Positions 55,001 to 64,000 of a stretch of DNA of 64,000 bases are shown here, piece after piece. The position numbers were made by a program, and so were the translations under genes. Under the pieces are notes generated by a model, which saw only the letters and a list, made by a program, of their open reading frames with translations, had not been told where the DNA came from and did not search any database. This DNA is from an archaeon (GTDB lineage: Archaea; Nanobdellota; Nanobdellia; Pacearchaeales; GW2011-AR1): the NCBI GenBank assembly GCA_027343665.1, contig DAHWKL010000002.1:193544-257543 (forward strand), read 5' to 3'. The number at the start of each line of letters is the position of its first letter. Within the stretch, counting starts at the first letter, position 1.

Positions 55001-57160
55001 TCAGCCAAGAATATTTCCGAGGACGACTGAACTTAATATTGAGAGTGAGATTATACTTATAAGAGCCACAACAAAATATAAACTCATGCCTCTCTTTAGG
55101 TTTACTCCTGTTTGATTTGTAAGTTCAAGCCTATCTTCACCTGAATCTATAGTCACAAGAGTTGAAGTCAATATGAAGGTTATCTCTATAAGATAAAGCC
55201 CGACGGCTATCTGAAGGAAATAAGGAGGGATCATAAACTGATATTGGAATATACTCAAAAGATTTGTGAGAGTTCCAAGATTAGTTGCACCTGCTGCTCC
55301 TGAAGAAAGATTATTCAAGCCCAGCATTCCGAGTATTGCTGTTATCATTGCAGCAAGCCCGACGACAATACCTGAAAGCAATGGAGCGAGAAAGGTCATA
55401 TTACTTTTCATATCACTTATAATCTCGGCGAGAAGATCTTTCAATCTCGAAGTAATCTTTTCAAGATTCTTTATGTATTCGGAAATGCTCATAAGGCTGA
55501 CAGCCGCGATTTTCAATCCTTTCTTTGAAGATTCCACAAGTATTCTCATTGAAGTCGCAATCAGGTTGGATGGAAAAAACCTTATAGCACCCCTTTTATT
55601 GTCAAAGATAGCGCCTTCAACGCTCATTCCCATCTGTCTTATGTTATAATTGACTCTTGCAAAAAATTCCCCTGATTGGAGTCCTTTGTTCGCTTCCGCA
55701 ACTTTCCCGAAAACAAGCTCGGGAGGAACACTATTTCCCAGTCTGTTTCCAAGCTGAAAAAGCGAATTATTGAATTCCCCTTCAAGTTCTTTTGTTTTCT
55801 TTCTTTCAACAATAAGCTCTTTTGTCTTTCCTGAATATGCAACTGAAAAAAATATAGCAATTGAAAGTGGGAAAAGCATGCCAAGAAGAAGAGCGCCAAG
55901 ACCAAAAGGACCTGTGACGCTAGATCCCGTTGTGACAAAATTAAATACATTCCCACTACCCAAAAATGAAAGCCCCAATTGGGAAAAAGTGAAATCGCTT
56001 GGAACTCCCAACATCGCAGGAAGAGGAGTGTATTCAAAAAGGAGGGGTATAAGGCTCAACAAAAAAAGAGGAAATGCAAGAAGAAATGCCTTCCTGTAAG
56101 GTGCATTGCTTTTATATTTTGGATAAAGGGGGTTCTTTTCAAGGAGAGCGGTTTCCCCATAACCTCCGGGACGAAGACTAAGTGCCTTGTCTGTCAGATA
56201 AAACACCATAAAGGGGATAATAAGGTTAAATAAAATTATGACATGAACATAAGTGAGAATACCCCCAAGCATTGCAGAAGCAAGAGGGATCAATGCAAGA
56301 CCAAGAGTCGGAAGAACAACACCAAGCATATAGACATTTGTCAACGGGCTCCTTACAGAATGGCTGAATGCAAGCATTTTCTCATAAACTCCATCAAGAA
56401 CGACCTGGAGGCCTTTTTCTAAAGTTGAGATTCTTCTTCCTTCATCAGGTTCAAAAAGACTTGATTCTATGAGATGGAAACTTTCAATGAACTCATTTGA
56501 GTATCCCCTCCAACTTTCAAGATAACTGTCAAGACTTTCCTTTATCGTGGAATATTTCCCTATTTCAACATTGTAGAATATTTTTTTGAAATCAAGGGCA
56601 AGAGGATAATCAAGATGTTCTGAAGCAAACTGTATCGCTTTTTCAAGATTTGATGTGTGTCTCATATAAACAACGATATAAAGTATGGCGGGGACCATCT
56701 GGCTTGAAGCCTTGAGTCTCCATTTCCTTGCAGCCCTTTCCGGATATCCATTAAGGAAAGTGAAAAGAAAAAGTCCGAAGAATATTACAAGGAAAAAGAA
56801 AAGAAGAGGGAAACTGTTTATGTCTCCGTTATTGACAAGAACTACTGCGACTGAGATCAGAAGCCCTACAAAAAAAACTGAAAGGAAACTCATTATGGAA
56901 AGGCTTGCTGCCTGCCAAGGTTCTATGGACAGATGAGCCGAATCTATTGATCTTTTTAATCTTGCTTCATCTTTAGAAGAAGGTTTGACACGAACCATAT
57001 TTCCAAGGCTGTTCGCCCACCTTTCATAAGTTGAATATTCCCTGGCGATTTCACCTTTAAACATTTCATATGAAGAACTATTTTCACCCGGAGAATTTAT
57101 CTCATTTTCTATCTTCGCACTGTATTTTTTTAAAACGTCCTGAACGCTTTGCCTTTCCAC
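55001..57160 (-). CDS. type IV pilus membrane platform protein (duplicated TadB/TadC/ArlJ-like)
   Basis: Multi-TM with two T2SSF-like cytoplasmic domains; GTG start at 57160 preceded by GAGGTG. Confidence 0.8.
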   Translation of the reverse strand: MERQSVQDVLKKYSAKIENEINSPGENSSSYEMFKGEIAREYSTYERWANSLGNMVRVKPSSKDEARLKRSIDSAHLSIEPWQAASLSIMSFLSVFFVGLLISVAVVLVNNGDINSFPLLFFFLVIFFGLFLFTFLNGYPERAARKWRLKASSQMVPAILYIVVYMRHTSNLEKAIQFASEHLDYPLALDFKKIFYNVEIGKYSTIKESLDSYLESWRGYSNEFIESFHLIESSLFEPDEGRRISTLEKGLQVVLDGVYEKMLAFSHSVRSPLTNVYMLGVVLPTLGLALIPLASAMLGGILTYVHVIILFNLIIPFMVFYLTDKALSLRPGGYGETALLEKNPLYPKYKSNAPYRKAFLLAFPLFLLSLIPLLFEYTPLPAMLGVPSDFTFSQLGLSFLGSGNVFNFVTTGSSVTGPFGLGALLLGMLFPLSIAIFFSVAYSGKTKELIVERKKTKELEGEFNNSLFQLGNRLGNSVPPELVFGKVAEANKGLQSGEFFARVNYNIRQMGMSVEGAIFDNKRGAIRFFPSNLIATSMRILVESSKKGLKIAAVSLMSISEYIKNLEKITSRLKDLLAEIISDMKSNMTFLAPLLSGIVVGLAAMITAILGMLGLNNLSSGAAGATNLGTLTNLLSIFQYQFMIPPYFLQIAVGLYLIEITFILTSTLVTIDSGEDRLELTNQTGVNLKRGMSLYFVVALISIISLSILSSVVLGNILG

Positions 57161-57226
57161 TTTACACCTCTGGATATAGAAGAGAAAAATAATTAATAAA
57201 TGTTTAGAATCTTGAATAAAAATCAA

Positions 57227-58495
57227 TTATCCAAACAACTTTGCAAGCCAGTTAAGAATCTGCTGTATTATATTCTGACTTACACACTGATTATTAACAC
57301 AGACATTTCCGCCGCACTCAAAATTATTCTCACATGCTGCATTGCTCCCAAGCTGAGGAACAAAACTCCCGTTAGCAGCGCAATATTCCCCATTCTGCCT
57401 ATAACCTATTGGAAGGCATTCACCGTTGGAAACGCAGCCTGATGTACATGACATTGTGGAAGAGTTAGTGGAATTTGAAACTTTTAAATCATTAACAGAA
57501 TAATCTATACTCACCAGTGTAGCTTCTTTATGGCCGCGAGTAATATTTTCCGATGGAAGAATTTCACCAAAAGTTACCGAAACACCAGATTTAAATTTAT
57601 AAGTGTTATTCCCATACATTTCAAGAAAGGTTGAATTTTCCCCATTGTAATTTATAATTACTCCTTTAGAGTTTATTAATCCCACTGAAAAACCATTTGC
57701 GGAACCGCCTGGCGAAAGAAGGCAGACATTATCCTCCGTAGAAGTATTGAAGCAAGAATTTACTTGTGCATAGGTAAATGCGGTGATCAACCCACCTTTA
57801 TAGCTAGAGGGTATAGAAATCCTACCAGAAGGGATCTGAGATAAATTAAAAATTGCAGTTGGAAACACGAACATCCCTGAAGGAAAGATGTAAAAGGTTC
57901 TTTGTGGCTGAATAAAATCAGAAGTCTCAACGGAATTAAGATATCCGCCAGGATAATAATTCAATGAAACATACGAAGAATTCACAGATGAAATTGAAAA
58001 GGCTTCCCCTTCATTGTCATTAATTATGACTCCAGGTGAAATAACACAATTATGTTGAGAACAAAAATTTATTGTAGAATCGGGGAGCTCACTGACATTT
58101 CTAATTGTACTTGTAGAATCGGGGAGCTCACTGACATTTCTAATTGTACATTTATTCCCATTCCAAACATAACCCGAATTACAGACATAGCAAGCATATC
58201 CTTGAGAGCATGAGTAAGAATCATTTCTCGTAGCATTTGGAGGGGGTACAAAAGCTGCAGAACCTGCCATAAGATTGACACATCCAACAGAAGTTCCGTA
58301 GACTGCGGGAGAGGGACATATAACCCCTGAAGAAGTTGCATAACCGGTTATGCTGGGAACATTGATTATCTTTCCATTGAAACTGTTCCATAAGTCCGTG
58401 AAAATATTAGCTGAAGCAAAAGAGATGGACAAAAGCACGACGACGAAAAGAACCGCAAAAATTATACTGTTGTTTTTTCTTTTCACCATCTCCAT
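57227..58495 (-). CDS. secreted Cys/Ser/Asn-rich surface protein
   Basis: Signal peptide SFASA, ITGYA, Cys modules, C-terminal CLPIGYR...CENNFEC...C and amphipathic tail. Confidence 0.75.
   Translation of the reverse strand: MEMVKRKNNSIIFAVLFVVVLLSISFASANIFTDLWNSFNGKIINVPSITGYATSSGVICPSPAVYGTSVGCVNLMAGSAAFVPPPNATRNDSYSCSQGYACYVCNSGYVWNGNKCTIRNVSELPDSTSTIRNVSELPDSTINFCSQHNCVISPGVIINDNEGEAFSISSVNSSYVSLNYYPGGYLNSVETSDFIQPQRTFYIFPSGMFVFPTAIFNLSQIPSGRISIPSSYKGGLITAFTYAQVNSCFNTSTEDNVCLLSPGGSANGFSVGLINSKGVIINYNGENSTFLEMYGNNTYKFKSGVSVTFGEILPSENITRGHKEATLVSIDYSVNDLKVSNSTNSSTMSCTSGCVSNGECLPIGYRQNGEYCAANGSFVPQLGSNAACENNFECGGNVCVNNQCVSQNIIQQILNWLAKLFG
58072..58149. repeat. perfect 39-bp tandem duplication (13 aa) inside surface protein
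   Basis: ttgtagaatcggggagctcactgacatttctaattgtac x2; TIRNVSELPDST repeated. Confidence 0.97.
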
Positions 58496-58575
58496 CCTTA
58501 TACAAAAAATAAAAACTATTTAAATATTCCTATAAAATAAAGGAATAATTTCACCGAAGACAAATGAAAAAATTT

Positions 58576-60864
58576 TCATTCCTTGAACTTCTTTATTTCA
58601 TTATTTAACCATTTCTGCCACTTTGGAAAAACCTGATCCCCCAACGGGAGCCCGACTTCATTTATGACCTCATCTGAAATCCTGTGAAAAGCATGATTTG
58701 AAAGGACATTGAACTTTGCCTCAAGTATCTCTTCTTTACCTGAAGATTTGGCAACTTTCACTATTTCATTTTTTATCTTTGACCTCAGAAGAATATTATC
58801 ATATACTGCATCCCAATTTCCAGCCCAGCCTTTCACTTTTGAAGCAATATCTTTTATGACATCGCTTTCACCATTGATGAGAGCGTCGCTTGCTTCAAGC
58901 TCATCTTTCTCGACAATATATTTCATGAGATCACTGAATCCGCCTTCTTTTTGCGGATCTTCTTTCCAATGTTTTTTTACTTCTGAAACCTGAAGAAGTC
59001 TTCTCCATGAATGGAGCCCATCAGCTGATTTTATGGGATTTGCAACTGCGATCACATCTGTAGCTTTGAACGAAGTCGCGGGAACTTCAAGATCATTCAC
59101 GACCCTATCGAAAACTCCGTAAGGTGAAGCGCCGTGTATTGTTCCGGCGACAACATTAGCTAAGGCTCCCACCCTCATCGCTTCATAAAGGGCTTTCGCC
59201 TCGACTGAACGAACTTCGCCAACAATCAGCGAACTGTCTCCAAGACGCAAAGATGTTCTTATCCCATCGTCAGCCGACACTTCCGCTCCGGATTTCAAAA
59301 GAGCAGAACGTACTTTCATCCTTAAGATATCATAATTCAATGCGCGCAGCGCCTCTACAGGAAGTTCAAGTGAATCCTCTACCGTGATTATTCTCGAATT
59401 TGGATTTATCTCAAGCATGAGGCTACCTAAAAGGGAAGTCTTTCCTGAGCTTCTTGTCCCGGCAATTAATATTGTTCTTGCTCCATCTATAAGAAAACTC
59501 AAAAGACCTGCAGCCAGGGGATTCAGCATCTTATTTTCAATGAATAAAGGAAGAGTCCAGGGAGATTCCCTGTGCCTTCTTATCGAATATGCGAGACCCT
59601 CCGGACTGAGAGGCTCCTGAATGATAGCAATCCTTGCTCTTAAATTGTCTATCTCAAGTTGCGTATCAAGTATCGGATTTGCCTCATCCAAAGGTCTTCC
59701 TGAAATCATTCTGAACTTTGCGGCCCATGAATCGGCATCTTCACGGCTTGGAAGGATATTTGTCGTGCATTCATCATAATCCTGGTGCCTGACATAAATT
59801 GGAGTTTGGGAGATCGGAGCATTGAGGGAAACATCCTGAATATTTTTGTCTTTGAGCAAAACTTCGACAAGCCCGAAACCGATTGTATGCCTTACGAGTA
59901 TCGCTGAGAGTTTCATGAGATTTATGTAATCCAACTTTATGTTTTTCGTCTGAGCAAGATCCCTTATCAAATCTTTTGATATGTTGAAAAAGACTTTCCT
60001 TGTCCTGTCAACATTCGTGAACTCTTCTGCTTTAGGCTGATGTTCTATCAGCACAACTCTGGCAAGGTTCAGAAGGGAATTTTCTTCTTCAGTGAGTGTC
60101 GATTCCGGAGGAGAAAGATGGTAAAAAAGTTTTGATTCATCTTTTTTCTTAAGGATAGCAACATTACTTATATCAAAATCATCTGTCGAAATTTCGTACT
60201 GGTCAACTATCTCAGCGTCCGTCGGGAATCCTCCAACAAGTCTCGTGAAAGTGAAATTGGGAATTATATCCGGTTGAAAGATCTTTGAGTACACCCCCCT
60301 TCCCCCAAGCGTGTAGTTGGAAAGGTAAGGCAATGAGTCCCTTATTACTTTCATGTTTTCAACAAAGCCAAATATTCTCTCAAGAAGTTTCAGGTAATTT
60401 CCCTCATCTATCTTAGATTCTCCATTAAGCCTCTGAAAAATTACCCTTTCATTGATCATAATCCTTCTGAGCTCATAATAAGAAGCTACGGGATCTTTTT
60501 TGAACATATAAAGGAATGAAAAAAGATTATTGTATCTCTTGGGGAAAAAAGACTCATCAAAAGTTACGAGCTTTTTGTGTGAGAGTACCTCTTCCTGTTT
60601 CAGGAAAAAAACATAAAGGCTGGCAATTTCAAGAAGATAATTTGTCTCCTTGAATCCGTAATTGTAATTTTTCTCGGTCACAAAAACAATCCTAGAGACA
60701 TTTGGATTTTCAATTAGGGCATCAACCGTCATTTCCATGACTTCAGGAAAGTCGGCAATGCTTGGAGGGTATGAAGAACCATTAAAATTGAAGTAAAGGA
60801 TATCTTCACCACCTTCCCTTTTGACTTCATGTGCATAAAGCTTAGCCTCTTTTTCAAATTCCAT
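58576..60864 (-). CDS. type IV pilus assembly ATPase (CpaF/ArlI/VirB11 family)
   Basis: GTRSSGKT, TVEDSLEL, SLRLGD, VGEVRS.EA, GTIHG. Confidence 0.92.
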   Translation of the reverse strand: MEFEKEAKLYAHEVKREGGEDILYFNFNGSSYPPSIADFPEVMEMTVDALIENPNVSRIVFVTEKNYNYGFKETNYLLEIASLYVFFLKQEEVLSHKKLVTFDESFFPKRYNNLFSFLYMFKKDPVASYYELRRIMINERVIFQRLNGESKIDEGNYLKLLERIFGFVENMKVIRDSLPYLSNYTLGGRGVYSKIFQPDIIPNFTFTRLVGGFPTDAEIVDQYEISTDDFDISNVAILKKKDESKLFYHLSPPESTLTEEENSLLNLARVVLIEHQPKAEEFTNVDRTRKVFFNISKDLIRDLAQTKNIKLDYINLMKLSAILVRHTIGFGLVEVLLKDKNIQDVSLNAPISQTPIYVRHQDYDECTTNILPSREDADSWAAKFRMISGRPLDEANPILDTQLEIDNLRARIAIIQEPLSPEGLAYSIRRHRESPWTLPLFIENKMLNPLAAGLLSFLIDGARTILIAGTRSSGKTSLLGSLMLEINPNSRIITVEDSLELPVEALRALNYDILRMKVRSALLKSGAEVSADDGIRTSLRLGDSSLIVGEVRSVEAKALYEAMRVGALANVVAGTIHGASPYGVFDRVVNDLEVPATSFKATDVIAVANPIKSADGLHSWRRLLQVSEVKKHWKEDPQKEGGFSDLMKYIVEKDELEASDALINGESDVIKDIASKVKGWAGNWDAVYDNILLRSKIKNEIVKVAKSSGKEEILEAKFNVLSNHAFHRISDEVINEVGLPLGDQVFPKWQKWLNNEIKKFKE

Positions 60865-60901
60865 ACTTCTTGTATAAAGGAAAAAAGGTTTATATTAATT
60901 T

Positions 60902-61303
60902 ATGCGTTGTCCTCGAAACAAATTTAAACTTGCCCTTCTCTTATCTTTCATGAAAGAAGGTGAAGGCATGATTCCTCAAAGCTCTGCTGAAATGAATTTC
61001 ATGGATCTCGAAGAAAGACAGAAAATAATAAAGGACAGACTCATTTTGATAGGACAGAATTTGATTGATTTTAAGGGAAAGTATGAAGATGAAATTATTT
61101 CCTTAAAAAAAGACATTGAAGAGTTGAAAGAAAATATGGGAAGGATAAAAGATTTCATGGAAACTGCATCTTCTGAATTTCAGAAATTCGCAAGAAAAGA
61201 CGATTTGGAAATCTTAAGAAAGCAGGCAAAAATGTTCCAACCTCTCGATTTTGCAACCAAAGAAGACTTAGAAAAATTAAAAAGCAAAAAAACCATAAAG
61301 TAA
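60902..61303 (+). CDS. coiled-coil hypothetical protein (true start probably a later Met)
   Basis: Heptads; ARKDDL / ATKEDL repeats. Confidence 0.65.
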   Translation: MRCPRNKFKLALLLSFMKEGEGMIPQSSAEMNFMDLEERQKIIKDRLILIGQNLIDFKGKYEDEIISLKKDIEELKENMGRIKDFMETASSEFQKFARKDDLEILRKQAKMFQPLDFATKEDLEKLKSKKTIK

Positions 61304-61304
61304 T

Positions 61305-62009
61305 ATGGCATTAGTAGACAGGATAACCGACTTGAAGAGACAGGGCTTGCCGGATTCGGAAATAGAAATAAGATTTAGAAATGAAGGAATTTCACCAATG
61401 GAAATAAATGATGCAATGAACCAGGCAAAGATAAAAGAAGCCGTTGCTGGAGAAGGAGATTATTCTACAAAGGGCATGACTCCTTCCATGATGGGAGATG
61501 AGGAACAGGAAGCAAATTCTGGAGACGAAGAAGTTTACAGCCCGACGCCGCCTTCTGCATATGCTGCGTCGCCTTCTCCAAAGCAGGGAAATGACTACAG
61601 AAATTACGCTTACCAGGAAAACCAAAACGGGAATTATCCTCAATATCCTGATTCGGGAGATCAGGAAGAATATTATGAAGACGGATACCAAAACGATTCT
61701 GGGTACAATCAGGGTTATTCAATGAATTCAGAAACAATGATAGAAGTCGCTGAACAGGTTTTTTCAGAGAAGATGAAAAAGATAGAAGATGACCTTAAAG
61801 TTCTCAAAGAGTTCAGAACCATATACTCTCCCAGAATTGATGACATAAACGAGAGACTCAAAAGGATTGAAAGAAGCTTTGACAAGATGCAGATGGCTAT
61901 ACTTGACAGAGTCGGATCTTTCGGACATTCAATTGACTCTGTAAAAAAAGAAGTCGAGATGGTAGAAGATTCTTTTGAAAAGATGAATAAAGAAAGAACA
62001 AAGAAATAA
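61305..62009 (+). CDS. hypothetical protein (acidic/Tyr-rich linker, coiled-coil C-terminus)
   Basis: Coupled to upstream ORF; divergent from pilus ATPase. Confidence 0.75.
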   Translation: MALVDRITDLKRQGLPDSEIEIRFRNEGISPMEINDAMNQAKIKEAVAGEGDYSTKGMTPSMMGDEEQEANSGDEEVYSPTPPSAYAASPSPKQGNDYRNYAYQENQNGNYPQYPDSGDQEEYYEDGYQNDSGYNQGYSMNSETMIEVAEQVFSEKMKKIEDDLKVLKEFRTIYSPRIDDINERLKRIERSFDKMQMAILDRVGSFGHSIDSVKKEVEMVEDSFEKMNKERTKK

Positions 62010-62018
62010 TTTTTAAAT

Positions 62019-62606
62019 TTATTTAGCAGCCATATCTTCAAAATCTTTTTTTGTGAATTTTTTTCCCTTTTTATCTCCTTTTCCGATAACTGCAAAAATT
62101 CCCCCAACAACAAGAGCAATAACAATTATCCAGCTGAGATTATCCTGAAGCCACCACCAGAAAGGCCCGCTTGTAAGGCTGCCCCAAGGAAAGACATCTG
62201 AAAAGCTTTGATAAACAATGACTAAAAATCCTATAAACACCAGCCCACCTATTACTACCTTTACAATTTTATTGTCAAAGTCCAAAAACAGACTCAAGAG
62301 GATTATAGCAACTAGAATTATAGACAATAAAACTCCCATTCTTGGGAAAATCTCGGCGAAGAAATATGAGACAAAATTGAACTGAAGAGACATCAATGCA
62401 ACAGCAAGTGAAAGTATCACTTTTATCCCCCTATTGCTTCCTATAAAATTAGTCTTCTCCAGTATTGCAAAAATAATCGCAAAGATCATAAGGAATGGAA
62501 GGACATAACTGAAAACCCCCATGTTCTGCAATTGATAAAGAAGATTTCCGACAGTTCCTCCTCCGACAATCCCGAAAGAATCCAATACAATCAAACCTCC
62601 AATCAT
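62019..62606 (-). CDS. multi-TM membrane protein
   Basis: VLPFLMIFAIIFAILEKT; paralogue of 62687-63211. Confidence 0.75.
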   Translation of the reverse strand: MIGGLIVLDSFGIVGGGTVGNLLYQLQNMGVFSYVLPFLMIFAIIFAILEKTNFIGSNRGIKVILSLAVALMSLQFNFVSYFFAEIFPRMGVLLSIILVAIILLSLFLDFDNKIVKVVIGGLVFIGFLVIVYQSFSDVFPWGSLTSGPFWWWLQDNLSWIIVIALVVGGIFAVIGKGDKKGKKFTKKDFEDMAAK

Positions 62607-62686
62607 GGAAGATAAAGAGAAAGATTATTTATATAGATTTCTGTTATTTCCTGTCACACAAGTAGAAAATTTAAAAAATAAATCGG

Positions 62687-63211
62687 TTACTTCCCGCCGC
62701 TCTTTCCTGTCGCTGCCCCAGCTCCTTTTATAGCTGCAAACACAGCAGCAAGAACCAACACAACAATCAAAAAGTTAGTCCAGAATCCTTCAGTTCCGGA
62801 GGCGAATGCCCAGTTGTAGACATTCTCAATGAAAGTCCACAAAGGTGGGAAAGCTCCTGTCGCCCAGAAAAGCGCGACAACTAAAGAGATTATGACAAGA
62901 ACTCCAAAGAATTTCAGCAATTTGCTATTGATAGTGATACTCCCATTGTTTATGAACCCCCAAAGGACAAACCCCACAAAAATCACAACAACCCCTACAG
63001 TCATGAACAAGATCAGATTATTCACAACAATGACCGGATAGATCACAGAAACAAAAATCAAAGAGACAATGAGTGAAACAAAAGCATTTATCTGAGGCTG
63101 ATTGTCTCCGAGAATTTTGGATTTCTGGAGAAGAGCATACATTATGAAGAACATCAAAAGGAACGGGTACAAAAAACTGGTAAAAAGCGAAGCTTGGAGG
63201 ATGTTTGACAT
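62687..63211 (-). CDS. multi-TM membrane protein
   Basis: LYPFLLMFFIMYALLQKSKILG; paralogue of 62019-62606. Confidence 0.75.
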   Translation of the reverse strand: MSNILQASLFTSFLYPFLLMFFIMYALLQKSKILGDNQPQINAFVSLIVSLIFVSVIYPVIVVNNLILFMTVGVVVIFVGFVLWGFINNGSITINSKLLKFFGVLVIISLVVALFWATGAFPPLWTFIENVYNWAFASGTEGFWTNFLIVVLVLAAVFAAIKGAGAATGKSGGK

Positions 63212-63215
63212 TTTT

Positions 63216-63488
63216 TTACATTACGTCTGCTTCTTCCATATCCATTTCTTGGCTTGGGAGTGCAGCTTTATTTATGATGAAAATATCGCTTATTGCCTTC
63301 ACATACTGGTGAGGAATAACTACCCCCCTTGCCCCGCCAAGAACAGAATTAAGATGAGACGCCACTTTTATTCTCCATCCGTCTATCTTGTTTTCGAATA
63401 AGTTAGCTTCCTCAATAGTGCCGAAAAAATCTCCGGCGTCCGTGTAGACCCTCTTTCCAAGAACCTCTGTGATTTTTCTTACTTTCAT
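63216..63488 (-). CDS. PRC-barrel protein (CdpB-like)
   Basis: GKRVYTDAG.FFG.I, IPHQYVKAISDIFII; start reassigned to MKVRK. Confidence 0.8.
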   Translation of the reverse strand: MKVRKITEVLGKRVYTDAGDFFGTIEEANLFENKIDGWRIKVASHLNSVLGGARGVVIPHQYVKAISDIFIINKAALPSQEMDMEEADVM

Positions 63489-63700
63489 AACAAAAAAAGG
63501 GTTATTTTTGTTTAAATAGTTTTCCATACTAAATCAAATATAATTTTTTGATGAATTTAAGCGGTAAAAATCGAAATTTTCCGAGGAGAAAAAATATCTC
63601 CTCATTAGAGTATTCCAAAATAACACAATTAAAGATCGATGCAAAAAGAGATATTTTCAAACCCAATAACCTTTATAAGAAATAAATATCTTAAATTAGC

Positions 63701-64000
63701 ATGTTCACAAGAAAAGAAATTTTTTCGATCCTGGTAATTTCGATAGTTCTGGGACTCATTATTTCCCTCGTCGAAACATTGAATATATTCCTCATGACGA
63801 CGCTTTTTGTCTTTATAGTCGTCGCTGTAAATGTGCTGGCAAAGAAAATTATGAGCTTTTTCCTTGATATAGACATAGAAGTCAAGATTTGGGAGATAAA
63901 ACAGCTCTGGGTCAAAAAGCACATGCACTTCAAAAACAGTGTGCAGGTCGGAATTTTTATCCCCCTGATAATCAAATTTGTTACTGTGGGACTTGTAAAT
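63701..64000 (+). CDS. membrane protein, site-2 protease (M50)-like without HExxH (partial)
   Basis: Hand translation MFTRKEIFSIL...VVAVNVLAKKIMSFFLDIDIEVKIW...; runs off window end. Confidence 0.5.
   Translation, partial: MFTRKEIFSILVISIVLGLIISLVETLNIFLMTTLFVFIVVAVNVLAKKIMSFFLDIDIEVKIWEIKQLWVKKHMHFKNSVQVGIFIPLIIKFVTVGLVN

Noticed and set aside
58072-58149. CRISPR-like repeat
   Set aside because: Spacer-less in-frame tandem duplication within a CDS.

Overview
64-kb piece of an AT-rich, gene-dense archaeal chromosome. Most likely DPANN (Pacearchaeota/Woesearchaeota-like), inferred from GatD, TFE, aIF2-alpha, aEF1-beta, S15/S17e, EndA, RadA, RPA and deoxyhypusine synthase plus almost no central metabolism. 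It carries ProRS, AlaRS, LeuRS, five intron-less tRNAs, an SRP RNA and a large type IV pilus locus (ATPase, platform protein, prepilin peptidase). About 14 pilin-like genes occur in the window, three of them tiny ORFs missed by the ORF track. Most notable: (1) bacterial-type nucleotide second-messenger genes in an archaeon, namely a full-length synthetase-only RelA-like RSH behind aIF2-alpha/pseudo-Nudix/Nop10, and DisA next to a DHH-DHHA1 phosphoesterase; (2) an ApbE + NOX-like ferric reductase + small membrane-anchored protein operon; (3) a DGR-like variable-region gene with no RT/TR in the window; (4) a pseudoknot-forming leader/ncRNA before a 36-aa ORF. No CRISPR array, rRNA, integrase or transposase was seen. 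All calls come from motif recognition by eye; no database searches were run.
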